Positions 9,675-19,922 are shown, counted from the first letter of the stretch. The stretch is 64,000 nucleotides of DNA from Myxococcota bacterium (GCA_046757685.1 JBHHYV010000004.1:1403-65402), one strand, 5' to 3'. A program made the numbers and translations. The notes: generated from the sequence alone by a model not told the origin.

Positions 9675-11041
9675 GCCTGCCGCTCGACCGGGAGGCCAGA
9701 CGCGTCCTGCCCGACGAGGCGGCGGTCCACAGGCACGATCGGAGCGTCTGGACGCTGCGCCAGGCTCGGGACCGCGCGGCCGCGGCCGTCCCGGACTTCG
9801 AGGCCCTGCGCGACCAGGCGGCCGCGATCAAGGCGCACACCCTCGATCACCTGGGTCGCTATCTCGAGGAGTTCGAGAGACACGCCGCCGAGCGCGGAGC
9901 GCGGGTCCACTGGGCCCGCGACGCCGACGCCCACAACCGGATCGTCCACGGCCTGCTCGCCGAGCGCGGAGTCCGGCGTGTGGTGAAGAGCAAGTCGATG
10001 CTGACGGAGGAGTGCGGCCTCAATCGCCATCTCGAGGCACGCGGCATCGAGGTGACCGACACCGATCTCGGAGAGCGCATCGTGCAGCTCTACGCCGAGC
10101 CGCCCTCCCACATCGTGGTCCCTGCGATCCACCGCACGCGATCCGAGATCGGGCGGCTCTTCGAGCGCGAGATGGGAGCGCCCTCGGGCGAGAGCGACCC
10201 CGCCCGACTGGTCGAGATCGCTCGCGGGAACCTGCGTCCCCGCTTCCTGGAAGCCGAGGCGGGCATCACCGGAGTGAACTTCGCGATCGCCGAGACCGGC
10301 TCACTCACGATCGTGACCAACGAGGGCAACGCCGACCTGGGCACCAGCCTGCCTCCGCTCCACATCGCCTGCATGGGGATCGACAAGGTCCTCCCGACGC
10401 TGGAAGACCTGGCCGTGCTGCTGCGGCTGCTCGCGCGCAGCGCGACCGGCCAGCCCCTCTCCGTCTACACCACCCTGCTGACCGGGCCGAGAGAGGGCGC
10501 CGAGCAACACGTCGTCCTCGTCGACAACGGGCGTAGCCGGCTGCTCGCCGATTCCCGCCACGCCTCGGTGCTCGCCTGCATCCGCTGTGGCGCCTGCATG
10601 AATACCTGTCCCGTCTACCGTCGCGCCGGAGGGCACGCCTACGGCTTCACGCCTCCCGGACCTCTCGGCGCCGTGCTCGCTCCCGCCTTGGCCCCCACGC
10701 GCGCAACCGAGACCCTTCCCTTCGCCTCCTCGCTCTGCGGCAGCTGCAGCGCGGTGTGTCCGGTCCGGATCGATCTCCACAGCCAGCTCCTGGCATGGCG
10801 CGGCGAGCGGACGGCGATCCGGGGCGTCGGCCGCCTCGGTGTCCGATCCGCCGCGTGGGTGCTCTCACACCCGCTCGCACTCGAGGCGGCAGGTCGCCTG
10901 GCTCGGGGACTCTGGCCCCTCTGGTCGCTGCGCCTTCCGGGCAACCCGCTCTCGGCCTGGCTCGCAAGCCGCGACCTGCCAGAGCGACCCAGAGAGAGCT
11001 TTCGACGAGGCTGGCGGCGAGACCGCGGGCGGCATCGATGA
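9671..11041 (+). CDS. lutB: Lactate utilisation protein LutB/LldF
   Basis: VKSKSMLTEE, TDLGE, PSHIVVPAIH, VTNEGNAD, RSATGQ, CIRCGACMNTCPVY, SSLCGSCSAVCPVRI; GTGA overlap with lutA. Confidence 0.92.
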   Translation: MSLPLDREARRVLPDEAAVHRHDRSVWTLRQARDRAAAAVPDFEALRDQAAAIKAHTLDHLGRYLEEFERHAAERGARVHWARDADAHNRIVHGLLAERGVRRVVKSKSMLTEECGLNRHLEARGIEVTDTDLGERIVQLYAEPPSHIVVPAIHRTRSEIGRLFEREMGAPSGESDPARLVEIARGNLRPRFLEAEAGITGVNFAIAETGSLTIVTNEGNADLGTSLPPLHIACMGIDKVLPTLEDLAVLLRLLARSATGQPLSVYTTLLTGPREGAEQHVVLVDNGRSRLLADSRHASVLACIRCGACMNTCPVYRRAGGHAYGFTPPGPLGAVLAPALAPTRATETLPFASSLCGSCSAVCPVRIDLHSQLLAWRGERTAIRGVGRLGVRSAAWVLSHPLALEAAGRLARGLWPLWSLRLPGNPLSAWLASRDLPERPRESFRRGWRRDRGRHR

Positions 11042-11688
11042 GCGAACGCGACCCCGTCTCGGAAGGGGCCCGCGAGCAGATCCTCCGGGCCGTGCGATCG
11101 GCGACGCTCGGTCGCCGGGAGCACCCGGGCCCCTACGTCCCCGCGCCGACTCCTCCGGCGCCCGCGACGGGCGCGCTGCCGGGCGCCTGGGAGGCGTTCC
11201 GGAGCGCCGCCACGGCGGCTGGCGCACACGTCCTGGGCCCGGTCTCTCGCGCCGAAGCCGCGCGGGCGGCGCGCGAGCGCGTCGCCCAGCTCGGATCCGG
11301 ACGCTGCGTGGCGGAGCCTGCCGCAGTCGAGATGCTGGGCGCCGGACCGTGGCAGGTCGCCGCGGGCGCCCCGCGCGAGTTTGCAGACGTATCGCTCGCG
11401 ATCGCTCGCGGAGCCTTTGGCGTGTGTGAGAACGGCGCGATCCTCCTGACCGCCGACCTGGCGCCGCATCGCTCGCTCTGGGTGCTCTGCGAGCACCTGT
11501 GGCTGCTGATCGAGGCGACGGACCTGGTCGCCGACATGCACGAGGCGGTCGCTCGCATCTCCGCTCGCGGTCTCTCGACCCCCCACAGCGTCTGGGTCGC
11601 AGGTCCGTCCAAGACGGCCGACATCGAGCAGGCGCTGGTCGAGGGCGCGCATGGACCGAGGTCCCTCTGGGTCGTGGGCGTGGTCTAG
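11038..11688 (+). CDS. lutC: Lactate utilisation protein LutC/LldG (LUD domain)
   Basis: GVCENGAI, AGPSKTADIEQALVEGAHGPRSL; ATGA overlap with lutB. Confidence 0.9.
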   Translation: MSERDPVSEGAREQILRAVRSATLGRREHPGPYVPAPTPPAPATGALPGAWEAFRSAATAAGAHVLGPVSRAEAARAARERVAQLGSGRCVAEPAAVEMLGAGPWQVAAGAPREFADVSLAIARGAFGVCENGAILLTADLAPHRSLWVLCEHLWLLIEATDLVADMHEAVARISARGLSTPHSVWVAGPSKTADIEQALVEGAHGPRSLWVVGVV

Positions 11689-11716
11689 CGAAGTCGCGCG
11701 GAGCGCGGCGCCAGAC

Positions 11717-14524
11717 TCATCCTCGGAGACGCCGGCGCGCGTGGAGGGCGAAGGCCTCCTGCAGGAACTCCGCCTCCTGCTCGACGTGCTGCGAGAAGCT
11801 GCCGGTCGCGGGCGAAGCCGCCTCGGGGCGTCCGATGTAGCGAAGCTGCGCACCGGGCGGCAGCGCCGGGTGGAGCCGCTCCTTCACGAAGCTCCATCCC
11901 CCCTGGTTCCAGGGCTCCTCCTGGACCCAGGCCACATCCTGCACCGAGAAGCGGGACAGCACCTCTCGGAGCTCTTCGAAGGGAAAGGGATGGAGCTGCT
12001 CGAGCCGCACGATGGCGACATCGTCGAACGCGTGCTCTGCGCGCGCCGCGTCCAGCGCGTAGTAGACCTTCCCGCTGCAGACGAGCAGCCGACGCACGCT
12101 CGTGGGATCGACCTCGCCGCTCTCGACCCTCGGGTCCGGGAGTGCGCAGCGGAAGTGACCCTCTTCGAACTCGCGCCGGGTCGACACCGCCGCGCGATGA
12201 CGCAGCAGGGACTTGGGCGACATCAGGACCAGGGGCTTTCGGAAGTTCCGGTGCATCTGACGCCGTAGCGCGTGAAAGTACTGCGCGGGAGTCGTCAGAT
12301 TGCAGACCTGCAGGTTGTCCTCGGCGCAAAGCTGCAGAAAACGCTCGAGTCGCGCGCTGGAGTGCTCCGGGCCCTGACCCTCGTAGCCGTGCGGAAGCAG
12401 CATCACGAGGCCCGAGGAGCGTCCCCACTTGGTCTCGGCGCTCGCGATGAACTGGTCGATCAGGACCTGGGCCCCGTTCGCGAAGTCTCCGAACTGCGCC
12501 TCCCACACCGTGAGACGGTTCGGGTCGACGGTGCTGTAGCCGTACTCGAATCCCAGCACGGCTGCCTCGGAGAGCATGCTGTTCTTGATCAGCAGACGCG
12601 CGTCGCCATCCTCACACAGACCGTCGAGCGGGATGTAGGGGGCCCCCGTCTCGGTGTCGTGGAGCACTGCGTGACGGTGGCTGAACGTCCCTCGTTCCAC
12701 GTCCTGACCGGTGATCCGCACCGTGTGCCCCTCGGCCAGCAGGGTCCCGAACGCCAGTGCCTCGGCCGTACCCCAGTCGATGCCCTCGCCGGCTTCGATC
12801 GCGAGGTGACGCTCCTCCATCAGGCGTCGGATCTTGGCGTGCGGCTGGAAGCTCTCGGGAAACTCGACGAGGCGACGGGCGATGCGGTCGAGCACTTCGC
12901 CCGAGACGCGCGTGTCGGCCCGCCAGTCGCTCTCCTTCTCGGGGCGGCTGTACCCCTGCCAGAGGCCGTGGTAGCCCTCGGCTCCCGCCAGCCGCATCTC
13001 CTCGGTGCTCCGCTCGAGCGCGCGCTCGAGCGAGGCCAGGTTCTCGGCTTCGAGAGCCTCGACCTGTGCGCGCGACGCCACGCGCTCGCTCACCAGCCGC
13101 TCGATGTAGCGGGTGGCCACCGTGGGATGACTCGCGATCCGGCGGTAGAGAACGGGCTGCGTAAAGGTGGGGTCATCGCCCTCGTTGTGACCATGTCGGC
13201 GGTAGCACACCAGGTCGAGGATCACGTCCTCCTTGAAGACCTGCCGGTACTCGATAGCCAGCCTCGCGGCACGCACGCAGGCCTCGGGGTCGTCGGCATT
13301 GACGTGAAATACCGGGGCCTGGATCGCCATCGCCGTGTCGCTCGGGTGACGCGTGAATCGATAGTCGGCGGGATCGGCCGTGAAGCCGATCTGGTTGTTG
13401 ACGATCACGTGGACCGTGCCTCCGGTCCAGTAGCTGTCCAGCTCGGAAAGCGCGAGGGTCTCGGTCACGAGACCCTGGCCGCTGAACGCGGCGTCGCCAT
13501 GGATCACCAGCGGGACCACCTCGCCTCGGCCCGTGTCGCCCCGGTAGTTCTGCTTGGCGCGGACGATTCCCTCGGCGACCGGGTTGATCGCCTCGAGGTG
13601 AGAGGGATTGGGCGACAGCGACAGGTGGATCGAACGACCCGAGCGCAGCGCGCGGTCGGCGGAGTAGCCCCGGTGATACTTCACGTCGCCGGATCCCTGC
13701 GCGTCGCGCGGCTGCAGGCCGACCTGGAACTGCGCGAGCATGGCGCGATAGGGCATGCCCATCGTGTGCACCATCACGTTCAAGCGGCCGCGGTGCGCCA
13801 TCGCGATCACCATCTCGCGAACCCCCAGCGCCTCGGCGTCCTCCACCAGGAAGTCGAGCATCGGGATCAGCGCGTCTCCTCCCTCGATCGAGAAACGCTT
13901 CTGGCCCAGGAAGCGCTTCTGCAGAAACTGCTCGAAGCGCTCGGCCGCAAGGGTCTCGGTCAGGATCCGCAGGCGCTCGCCGGCCGAGAAGCCGGGCTCG
14001 TTGCGAACCGGCTCCATCTTCTCGATCAGCCAGTCGCGGCGCCGCTTGTCCTGGATTCCCATGAACTCGACCGCGAAGGTCCCGCAGTAGGTCTGTCGCA
14101 GCATCTCGATCAGCTGCCGCACGCTCGAGCGGCCCGCACCACGGAAGTGGCTGCAGTCGACCGGCCGATCGAGACGATCGGGACGGACTCCGTACTCGGC
14201 CGGATCCAGGTAGGGGTGACTCGCGTCGGTGCGTCCGAGGGGATCGAGGTCCGCGACCAGGTGGCCGTAGGTGCGGTAGGCATTGATCAGCCCCACGACG
14301 CCGACCGCGCCCGGCGCTGCGGCGACCGAGGGTCCCTCCGAGACCGCGACGGTCGCGGCAGCCGAGGTCGGGACCTTCTTCCCGTTGCGGCCCGCGACGC
14401 CCTCGAAGAGGTCACTCCAGCTCCCGGAGACGGCGGCCCGCCCCGTGACCCAGTCCTCGTAGAGCCGCTCGACCCAGGCTCCATTCTCACCCGAGAACAG
14501 GGTGGCGAGATCTGCCTCCGACAT
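11717..14524 (-). CDS. sucA: 2-oxoglutarate dehydrogenase E1 component
   Basis: GQKRFSIEG, MAHRGRLNV, GDVKYH, NPSHLE, HGDAAFSGQG, RRHGHNEGDDP, WEAQFGDFANGAQ, LPHGYEGQGPEHSSARLERFLQL. Confidence 0.97.
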   Translation of the reverse strand: MSEADLATLFSGENGAWVERLYEDWVTGRAAVSGSWSDLFEGVAGRNGKKVPTSAAATVAVSEGPSVAAAPGAVGVVGLINAYRTYGHLVADLDPLGRTDASHPYLDPAEYGVRPDRLDRPVDCSHFRGAGRSSVRQLIEMLRQTYCGTFAVEFMGIQDKRRRDWLIEKMEPVRNEPGFSAGERLRILTETLAAERFEQFLQKRFLGQKRFSIEGGDALIPMLDFLVEDAEALGVREMVIAMAHRGRLNVMVHTMGMPYRAMLAQFQVGLQPRDAQGSGDVKYHRGYSADRALRSGRSIHLSLSPNPSHLEAINPVAEGIVRAKQNYRGDTGRGEVVPLVIHGDAAFSGQGLVTETLALSELDSYWTGGTVHVIVNNQIGFTADPADYRFTRHPSDTAMAIQAPVFHVNADDPEACVRAARLAIEYRQVFKEDVILDLVCYRRHGHNEGDDPTFTQPVLYRRIASHPTVATRYIERLVSERVASRAQVEALEAENLASLERALERSTEEMRLAGAEGYHGLWQGYSRPEKESDWRADTRVSGEVLDRIARRLVEFPESFQPHAKIRRLMEERHLAIEAGEGIDWGTAEALAFGTLLAEGHTVRITGQDVERGTFSHRHAVLHDTETGAPYIPLDGLCEDGDARLLIKNSMLSEAAVLGFEYGYSTVDPNRLTVWEAQFGDFANGAQVLIDQFIASAETKWGRSSGLVMLLPHGYEGQGPEHSSARLERFLQLCAEDNLQVCNLTTPAQYFHALRRQMHRNFRKPLVLMSPKSLLRHRAAVSTRREFEEGHFRCALPDPRVESGEVDPTSVRRLLVCSGKVYYALDAARAEHAFDDVAIVRLEQLHPFPFEELREVLSRFSVQDVAWVQEEPWNQGGWSFVKERLHPALPPGAQLRYIGRPEAASPATGSFSQHVEQEAEFLQEAFALHARRRLRG

Positions 14525-14726
14525 CCCGGCCTCCCTCACGATGGTCTCCCCTGGCGCTGCGACATCCGAGGACAGCGGCCCTCTCCCGGGACTCGATACG
14601 CCCAAGGGTAGCTCCCGCCAGACACCCCGCCCGGAGGCGCTCCCCCCTCCGAACCCATCGACCCATCGCGTGGCGGGATGAAGTGGCTCGGGCCCCCGCG
14701 GCAGCCCCTTGCTAGCTTGGGCCTCC

Positions 14727-15947
14727 ATGAAGCTACGCGCACTCCAGGGCTTCCGGGACTTCTACCCCGAAGATCTGGCGACCCGCCGGTGGATCGAGAG
14801 CGCGTGGCATCGGGCCTCGCGGCGGGCGGGCTTCGAAGAGTGGGACGGACCGCCCCTGGAGTCCCTCGACCTGTACACGGCGAAGTCCGGAGACGAGATC
14901 GTCCGACAGCTCTACGCGTTCGAGGACAAGGGTGGCCGCTCCGTGGCGCTGCGGCCCGAGATGACGCCGACGCTCGCACGCATGATCGGCGCCCGCGCGG
15001 GGGGCATGCGAAAGCCGATCAAGTGGTACTGCGTACCCCAGTTCTTTCGCTACGAGCGCCCCCAGCGGGGCCGGCTGCGGGAGTTCTACCAGTGGAACGT
15101 CGACGTGATCGGTGCGAGCGACCCGGCCGCCGATGCCGAGGTGATCGGGGTCGCGCTCGACGCCCTCGCGCTGCTGGGGCTCGGGGACGACGACGTCCGG
15201 GTCCGCGTCTCGGACCGCCGGTCGCTGCATCGCCTGCTGCGCGAGCTGGAGGTCGACGACGAGGCCCAGGCGCCGGTGCTGGCGGCGCTCGACAAGCTGG
15301 AGCGCGACCCCAGCGCCGGAGAGGGGCTCGTCTCCCTGCTCGGAGCGAGCGCGAGCCGCCAGCTCCTGGACTGGTGTCAGCGCACCCCCCTCGACCGGGC
15401 TCCCGAGATCGAAGCGCTTCTCGCCGCCTGCGCCGACTACGGCCTCACCGATCGGGTCCGGCCCGACCTGCGCATCGTGCGCGGGCTCGACTACTACACC
15501 GGACCGGTCTGGGAGATCTTTGCAGCGGGACGCGACCTGCGCGCCATTGCGGGGGGGGGGCGCTACGACGAGCTGATCGCCTCTCTCGGGGGTCCCGCAC
15601 TCCCCGCCCTCGGCTTCGGAATGGGCGACGTCGTCCTCCACGACCTGCTCCGGGAAAAGAGCCTGATTCCGGACCCTCCGGCGCGCATCGAGGTGATCGT
15701 CGTTCCCATCGGTGCGGCCATGTGCGGTCCCGCACGCCGGGTGGTGCGTCAGCTGAGGAGCCGGGGCGTGGCCGCGGAAGCGCCCTACGACGCGCCCAAG
15801 CTCTTGAAGGCGCTGCGCGCGGCGGAGCAGGCGGGTGCACGCCGGGCAGTGATCGTCGGGCCGGACGAGTGGGAGAGCGGGTCGGTCGTGGTGAGGGACC
15901 TCGAGGCGCGCAGGGACCGGACCGTGAAGCTGGAGGACCTGGAATAG
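14727..15947 (+). CDS. hisS: Histidine--tRNA ligase
   Basis: GFRDFYP, LRPEMTP, FRYERPQRGRLREFYQ, IVRGLDYYTG, GGGRYD, plus C-terminal anticodon-binding domain. Confidence 0.96.
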   Translation: MKLRALQGFRDFYPEDLATRRWIESAWHRASRRAGFEEWDGPPLESLDLYTAKSGDEIVRQLYAFEDKGGRSVALRPEMTPTLARMIGARAGGMRKPIKWYCVPQFFRYERPQRGRLREFYQWNVDVIGASDPAADAEVIGVALDALALLGLGDDDVRVRVSDRRSLHRLLRELEVDDEAQAPVLAALDKLERDPSAGEGLVSLLGASASRQLLDWCQRTPLDRAPEIEALLAACADYGLTDRVRPDLRIVRGLDYYTGPVWEIFAAGRDLRAIAGGGRYDELIASLGGPALPALGFGMGDVVLHDLLREKSLIPDPPARIEVIVVPIGAAMCGPARRVVRQLRSRGVAAEAPYDAPKLLKALRAAEQAGARRAVIVGPDEWESGSVVVRDLEARRDRTVKLEDLE

Positions 15948-15965
15948 GGACCGCGCCGCGCGCGA

Positions 15966-16883
15966 TCAGTCGTCGCCTGCTTCGGGGAGGCCCAGTGCGG
16001 CCGGCGCCACGCCCATCGCGTGGAGCCCCTTGTCGACGTACACGATCGTCCCGGTGATTCCCGACGCCAGGGGGCTCGCGAGGAATGCCGCGGTGGCGCC
16101 CACCTCGCGCGCATGAACCGCCTCGGGGAGCGGTGAGTTGCGGCGTGCGTACTCGATCATCGATCCGATGAAGCCGATGGCACTGGCGGCTCGTGACGCC
16201 CATGCACCCGCCGAGATCGCATTGACGCGCAGCCCGTAGCGGCGCCCCGCCTCCCACGCCAGCACGCGCGTGTCGGACTCGAGTGCCGCCTTCGCCGACG
16301 ACATCCCTCCGCCGTAGCCCGGAACCACCCGCTCCGAGGCCAGGTAGGTCAGACACAGGAACGAGCCTCCCGGTCGAAGCAGCGGCGCAAAGCGCTGCAC
16401 CATGGACACGAACGAGTAGCTGGACTGGCTGACGGCGCGCAGGTACCCCTCGCGGCTCGTCTCGAGCAGCGCGTTTCGCACTTCGGGTCCGTTCGCCAAG
16501 CTGTGCACGACGATGTCGAGCGGACGCTCGCCAAAGTCCGAGACGAAGCGTTCGGCCACCCCCTGGATGCTGAAGTCCGCGTGGGACTTGTAACGACGGT
16601 TCTCGCGAACCTCGAGCGGGACCTGCTCGAGTCGATCGAACTCCGCGTCGAGCGCATAGATGCGCTCGAACTCGAGGGTTCCGCCTCCCTCGAGCGCCAA
16701 CGACTCGGCGATCCGGCCGCGTGCCAGCAGCTTGGTGAAGATCCCGTAGGCCGGCGGCCAGGTTCCGGCGCACACGCTCGCTCCCGCGCTGGCGAGCGCC
16801 CTCGCGATCGCAAAGCCGAAGCCGGCATCGTCGGCGACGCCCGCCACGAACGCCCGCCGTCCCCCGAGATCGATCCCGAGCAT
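15966..16883 (-). CDS. fabI: Enoyl-ACP reductase FabI, chlamydial/plastid type
   Basis: AFVAGVADDAGFGFAIA, GTWPP, HSLANGPEV, LTYLASERVVPGYGGGMSSAKAALESDTRVLAWEAG, SRAASAIGFI. Confidence 0.93.
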   Translation of the reverse strand: MLGIDLGGRRAFVAGVADDAGFGFAIARALASAGASVCAGTWPPAYGIFTKLLARGRIAESLALEGGGTLEFERIYALDAEFDRLEQVPLEVRENRRYKSHADFSIQGVAERFVSDFGERPLDIVVHSLANGPEVRNALLETSREGYLRAVSQSSYSFVSMVQRFAPLLRPGGSFLCLTYLASERVVPGYGGGMSSAKAALESDTRVLAWEAGRRYGLRVNAISAGAWASRAASAIGFIGSMIEYARRNSPLPEAVHAREVGATAAFLASPLASGITGTIVYVDKGLHAMGVAPAALGLPEAGDD

Positions 16884-16973
16884 GGCTGGAGTGGAGCACG
16901 CGGAGGGAGCCGTCGCAACCGGCCCGGGTGTAGACTGGCGCCTCGTCTCGCCGCGCGGAGAAGGGAGGAGCAC

Positions 16974-17429
16974 GTGTCCCGACGCGACAAGATTCGCCTC
17001 AGCGAGTTCGAGATCCGGGCCTTTCTGCTCGAATCCAAGACCCTCACCATCGTGAGCAACGGGCCCCGGGGATTTCCCCATCCCATGCCCATGTGGTTCG
17101 CCCTCGACGACGACCTCTCCGTTCGGATCACCACCTATGCCAAGAGCCAGAAGGTCCGGAACATCGAGCGCGATCCTCGCGTCAGCGTGCTGGTCGAGTC
17201 GGGGGAGGCGTACGAAGAGCTGAAGGGCGTGGTCTTGTACGGCCATGCCGAGCTGATCCGAGACGTCGAGCAGGTGATCGACACGCTCGTCGATATCAAC
17301 CGCTTCGATCGCGCGGACCCACAGGTTCGCGAGGGCATGCAGGGCAATGCGGCCAAGCGGGTGCTGATCCGCGTGCGGCCCGAACGGATCGTGAGCTGGG
17401 ACCACTCGAAGCTGGGCGGAGTGTACTGA
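16974..17429 (+). CDS. PPOX-class (split beta-barrel) probable F420/flavin-dependent oxidoreductase
   Basis: PHPMPMWF, KSQKVRNIERDPRVSVLVESG, ELKGV, SWDHSKLGGVY; strong RBS GGGAGGAG. Confidence 0.85.
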   Translation: MSRRDKIRLSEFEIRAFLLESKTLTIVSNGPRGFPHPMPMWFALDDDLSVRITTYAKSQKVRNIERDPRVSVLVESGEAYEELKGVVLYGHAELIRDVEQVIDTLVDINRFDRADPQVREGMQGNAAKRVLIRVRPERIVSWDHSKLGGVY

Positions 17430-17438
17430 CCGCGTGTC

Positions 17439-18233
17439 CTACCAGGCGGTCCAGCCTCCATCGACGTAGACGACCGACCCCGTCACGTAGCTGGATGCGG
17501 GCGCGGCCAGGAAGAGCACCGCGGTCTCGAGCTCCCCCGGGCGGCCGAGCCGCCCCTGCGGGGTGAAGCGACGCATCACCTCGAGCTGATCCTCCCGCAC
17601 CGCGCCGACCCGGGGATCGATCGTCATCTCGGTCGGAAAGTACGCCGGAGCGATCGCGTTGACGCGGATCTCGTGCCGGACCCACTCGATCGCCAGGTGT
17701 CGGGTGAGGTTGGTCAGGGCGCCCTTGCTCGCGGAGTAGCCGACCGCCCGGTGCACCGGGTTCCCCAGGCTGCCCGCCACCGAGGACAGGTTGATGATCA
17801 CCCCGCCGCTCTCGCGCTCGATCATCTGCAGTGCGACCGCACGCGAGACCAGGAACGCCGAGGTGACGTTGGCCTCGAGCACGGCCTCGAACCTCTCTCG
17901 CGTGTGCCGCTCGGCCCGGCCGAGCAGCGCGATCCCCGCGCCATTCAGGAGCACGTCGACCGGCCCCAGCTCCCGGGTCACGCGCTCGATCGCCCGAGCG
18001 ATCTGGTCCTCGTCGGTCACGTCAGCCGGGGCCGAGCAGGTCCGCACGCCGAGGACCTCGAGCTCGGCGGCGAGGCTCTCGAGCCGCTCCCGGCGCCGCG
18101 CCACCAGCGCCACGTCCGCGCCCGCCTTGGCGAGCGCTCGGGCGCACTCGGCGCCGAGCCCACTCGATGCCCCCGTGACCAGCGCGACCTGCCCCGCCAG
18201 GCCAAAGAGCTCCTCGAGATGAGAGGCGGTCAT
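17439..18233 (-). CDS. Short-chain dehydrogenase/reductase (FabG/Gno-like)
   Basis: TGASSGLG, YSASKG, VNAIAPAYFPTEMT, VDGGWTAW. Confidence 0.9.
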   Translation of the reverse strand: MTASHLEELFGLAGQVALVTGASSGLGAECARALAKAGADVALVARRRERLESLAAELEVLGVRTCSAPADVTDEDQIARAIERVTRELGPVDVLLNGAGIALLGRAERHTRERFEAVLEANVTSAFLVSRAVALQMIERESGGVIINLSSVAGSLGNPVHRAVGYSASKGALTNLTRHLAIEWVRHEIRVNAIAPAYFPTEMTIDPRVGAVREDQLEVMRRFTPQGRLGRPGELETAVLFLAAPASSYVTGSVVYVDGGWTAW

Positions 18234-18352
18234 GCTGCGTGGCTCCCCTGGAAGTCTGCGCTCCGCTCTGGCGCGCGCCCGCCCGCCTTGTATCACGAGG
18301 GACGCGGCACCGCGATCGAAGCTGTGCAATAGTGCCGGCCGGAGATCCGCGG

Positions 18353-19174
18353 ATGCCCCTCGATGCGTACCGGCGCGCAAACCTCGCGCAGTGGAACGAG
18401 GCGGTGCCCGTCCACGTCGCTGCAGACGCCTACGACGTGGCGGGCTTCCTGGCGGGTCGCACGACGCTCCATCCGCGCGAGATCGCGGAGCTGGGTGACG
18501 TACGCGGAAAGACCCTGCTCCACCTCCAGTGTCACTTCGGGATGGACACGTTGTCCTGGGCCCGGAGGGGCGCCCGGGTGACGGGCCTGGACTTCTCGGA
18601 GCCGGCGCTGGAGGCGGCGCGCCAGCTCGCGGCCGAGGCCGGCCTGGACGCCCGCTTCGTCCACTCCGAGCTCTACGATGCCCCGTGCGTCGTGGCCGAG
18701 ACCTTCGACATCGTCTACACGGGAATCGGCGCGTTGAACTGGCTCCCGGACATTCGCGGCTGGGCCCGCGTGGCGGCGGACTTCGTCGAGCCCGGGGGCG
18801 TGCTCTACATCCACGAGTTCCACCCGATCCTGGCTACGCTCGACGACGAGCGAACGGACGCCCAGCTCGTGATCGCGCGACCCTACTTCGAGCAGCCGGA
18901 GCCCCTGCGCTGGGACGACCCCCGCGATTACGCGGACCCCGAAGCGCGTCTCGGCAACACGATCACCTACGAGTGGAACCACGGCCTCGGGGAGGTCGCC
19001 ACGTCCTTGATCGACGCCGGCCTCGCGATCGAACTCCTCCACGAGCACGCCACCTGCGCGAGCCAGGTGCTGCCGGCGCTGGTCCATCGCGAAGACGGCT
19101 GGTGGGAGCTCCCCGAGGGCACCGAACGCCTGCCCCTGATGTACTCGATCCGAGCCCGCCGTCCCTCGAGCTGA
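18353..19174 (+). CDS. Class I SAM-dependent methyltransferase
   Basis: LLHLQCHFGMDT, GLDFS, FDIVYTGIGALNWLPD, EFHP. Confidence 0.88.
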   Translation: MPLDAYRRANLAQWNEAVPVHVAADAYDVAGFLAGRTTLHPREIAELGDVRGKTLLHLQCHFGMDTLSWARRGARVTGLDFSEPALEAARQLAAEAGLDARFVHSELYDAPCVVAETFDIVYTGIGALNWLPDIRGWARVAADFVEPGGVLYIHEFHPILATLDDERTDAQLVIARPYFEQPEPLRWDDPRDYADPEARLGNTITYEWNHGLGEVATSLIDAGLAIELLHEHATCASQVLPALVHREDGWWELPEGTERLPLMYSIRARRPSS

Positions 19175-19214
19175 GCGACCGTCCCCTTCCGGCGGCGGGC
19201 CGGCCGAGGGCCGC

Positions 19215-19898
19215 TCAGGGCTGCAGCCGCTGTCGCGACCAGCGGCCTGCGCGAAATCCAGCGCCTTCCGCCTCGAGCGCTCGTGTCCACAAGGCCCGGT
19301 CGTGGAGTCGCCCGAAGCGGCCCACCCAGAGCTCGAGGCTCTCGATCCAGAGTCGGTAGCCACCCCAGTGTGGAGGGCGGGGGACCGGCGCGCCCGGGTC
19401 CCGGCCGCGGAACCTGGCCTCGGTCCGCGCGAGCTTCTCGAGCAACGCCGCACGAGAGGCGATGGGCCGACTCTGGTCACTGGCCCATGCAGAGAGAGCC
19501 GCCTCGGGTGGGCGAGACGAGAAGTAGGCATCGGACTCCGACTCCGGGGAGCGGACCACGGGCCCCTCGACCCGCACCTGACGCGCGAGCGCGTCCCAGT
19601 GGAAGACGGCTGCCGCTCGCCCGCTTCGCTCGAGGGCAGTCCCCTTGGGACTCCTGCGGTGGGTGTAGAAGACGAGCCAGCCCGACTCGAGGTCCCAGCC
19701 CCGACAGATCACGACGCGCGCCTCGGGCAGCCCGCTCGCTCCGACGGTGGCCAAGGTCATGGCGGTCGGGTTGCGGGCGACGCGCTCTGCGATCGCCTCG
19801 TCGAGCCAGCGCTGCAGCAGCGGGAGGGGAGCCTCGGGCAGGGGATCGTCGAGGGATCGGTCGGGCCGTTCTCGGCTCTCGGGCTCGAATCGCACCAT
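19215..19898 (-). CDS. pdxH: Pyridoxine/pyridoxamine 5'-phosphate oxidase
   Basis: PTAMTLATV, FYTHRRSPKG, RQVRVEG, YFSSRP, WASDQS, RPPHWGGY, ELWVGRFGRLHDR, RLQP. Confidence 0.93.
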   Translation of the reverse strand: MVRFEPESRERPDRSLDDPLPEAPLPLLQRWLDEAIAERVARNPTAMTLATVGASGLPEARVVICRGWDLESGWLVFYTHRRSPKGTALERSGRAAAVFHWDALARQVRVEGPVVRSPESESDAYFSSRPPEAALSAWASDQSRPIASRAALLEKLARTEARFRGRDPGAPVPRPPHWGGYRLWIESLELWVGRFGRLHDRALWTRALEAEGAGFRAGRWSRQRLQP

Positions 19899-19922
19899 CG
19901 TGGACGGGGGCCGCGCCGCGGC

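Noticed and set aside
15551-15560. G10 homopolymer in hisS as a phase-variation tract
   Set aside because: It is in frame and encodes the conserved AGGGRY motif of an essential gene.
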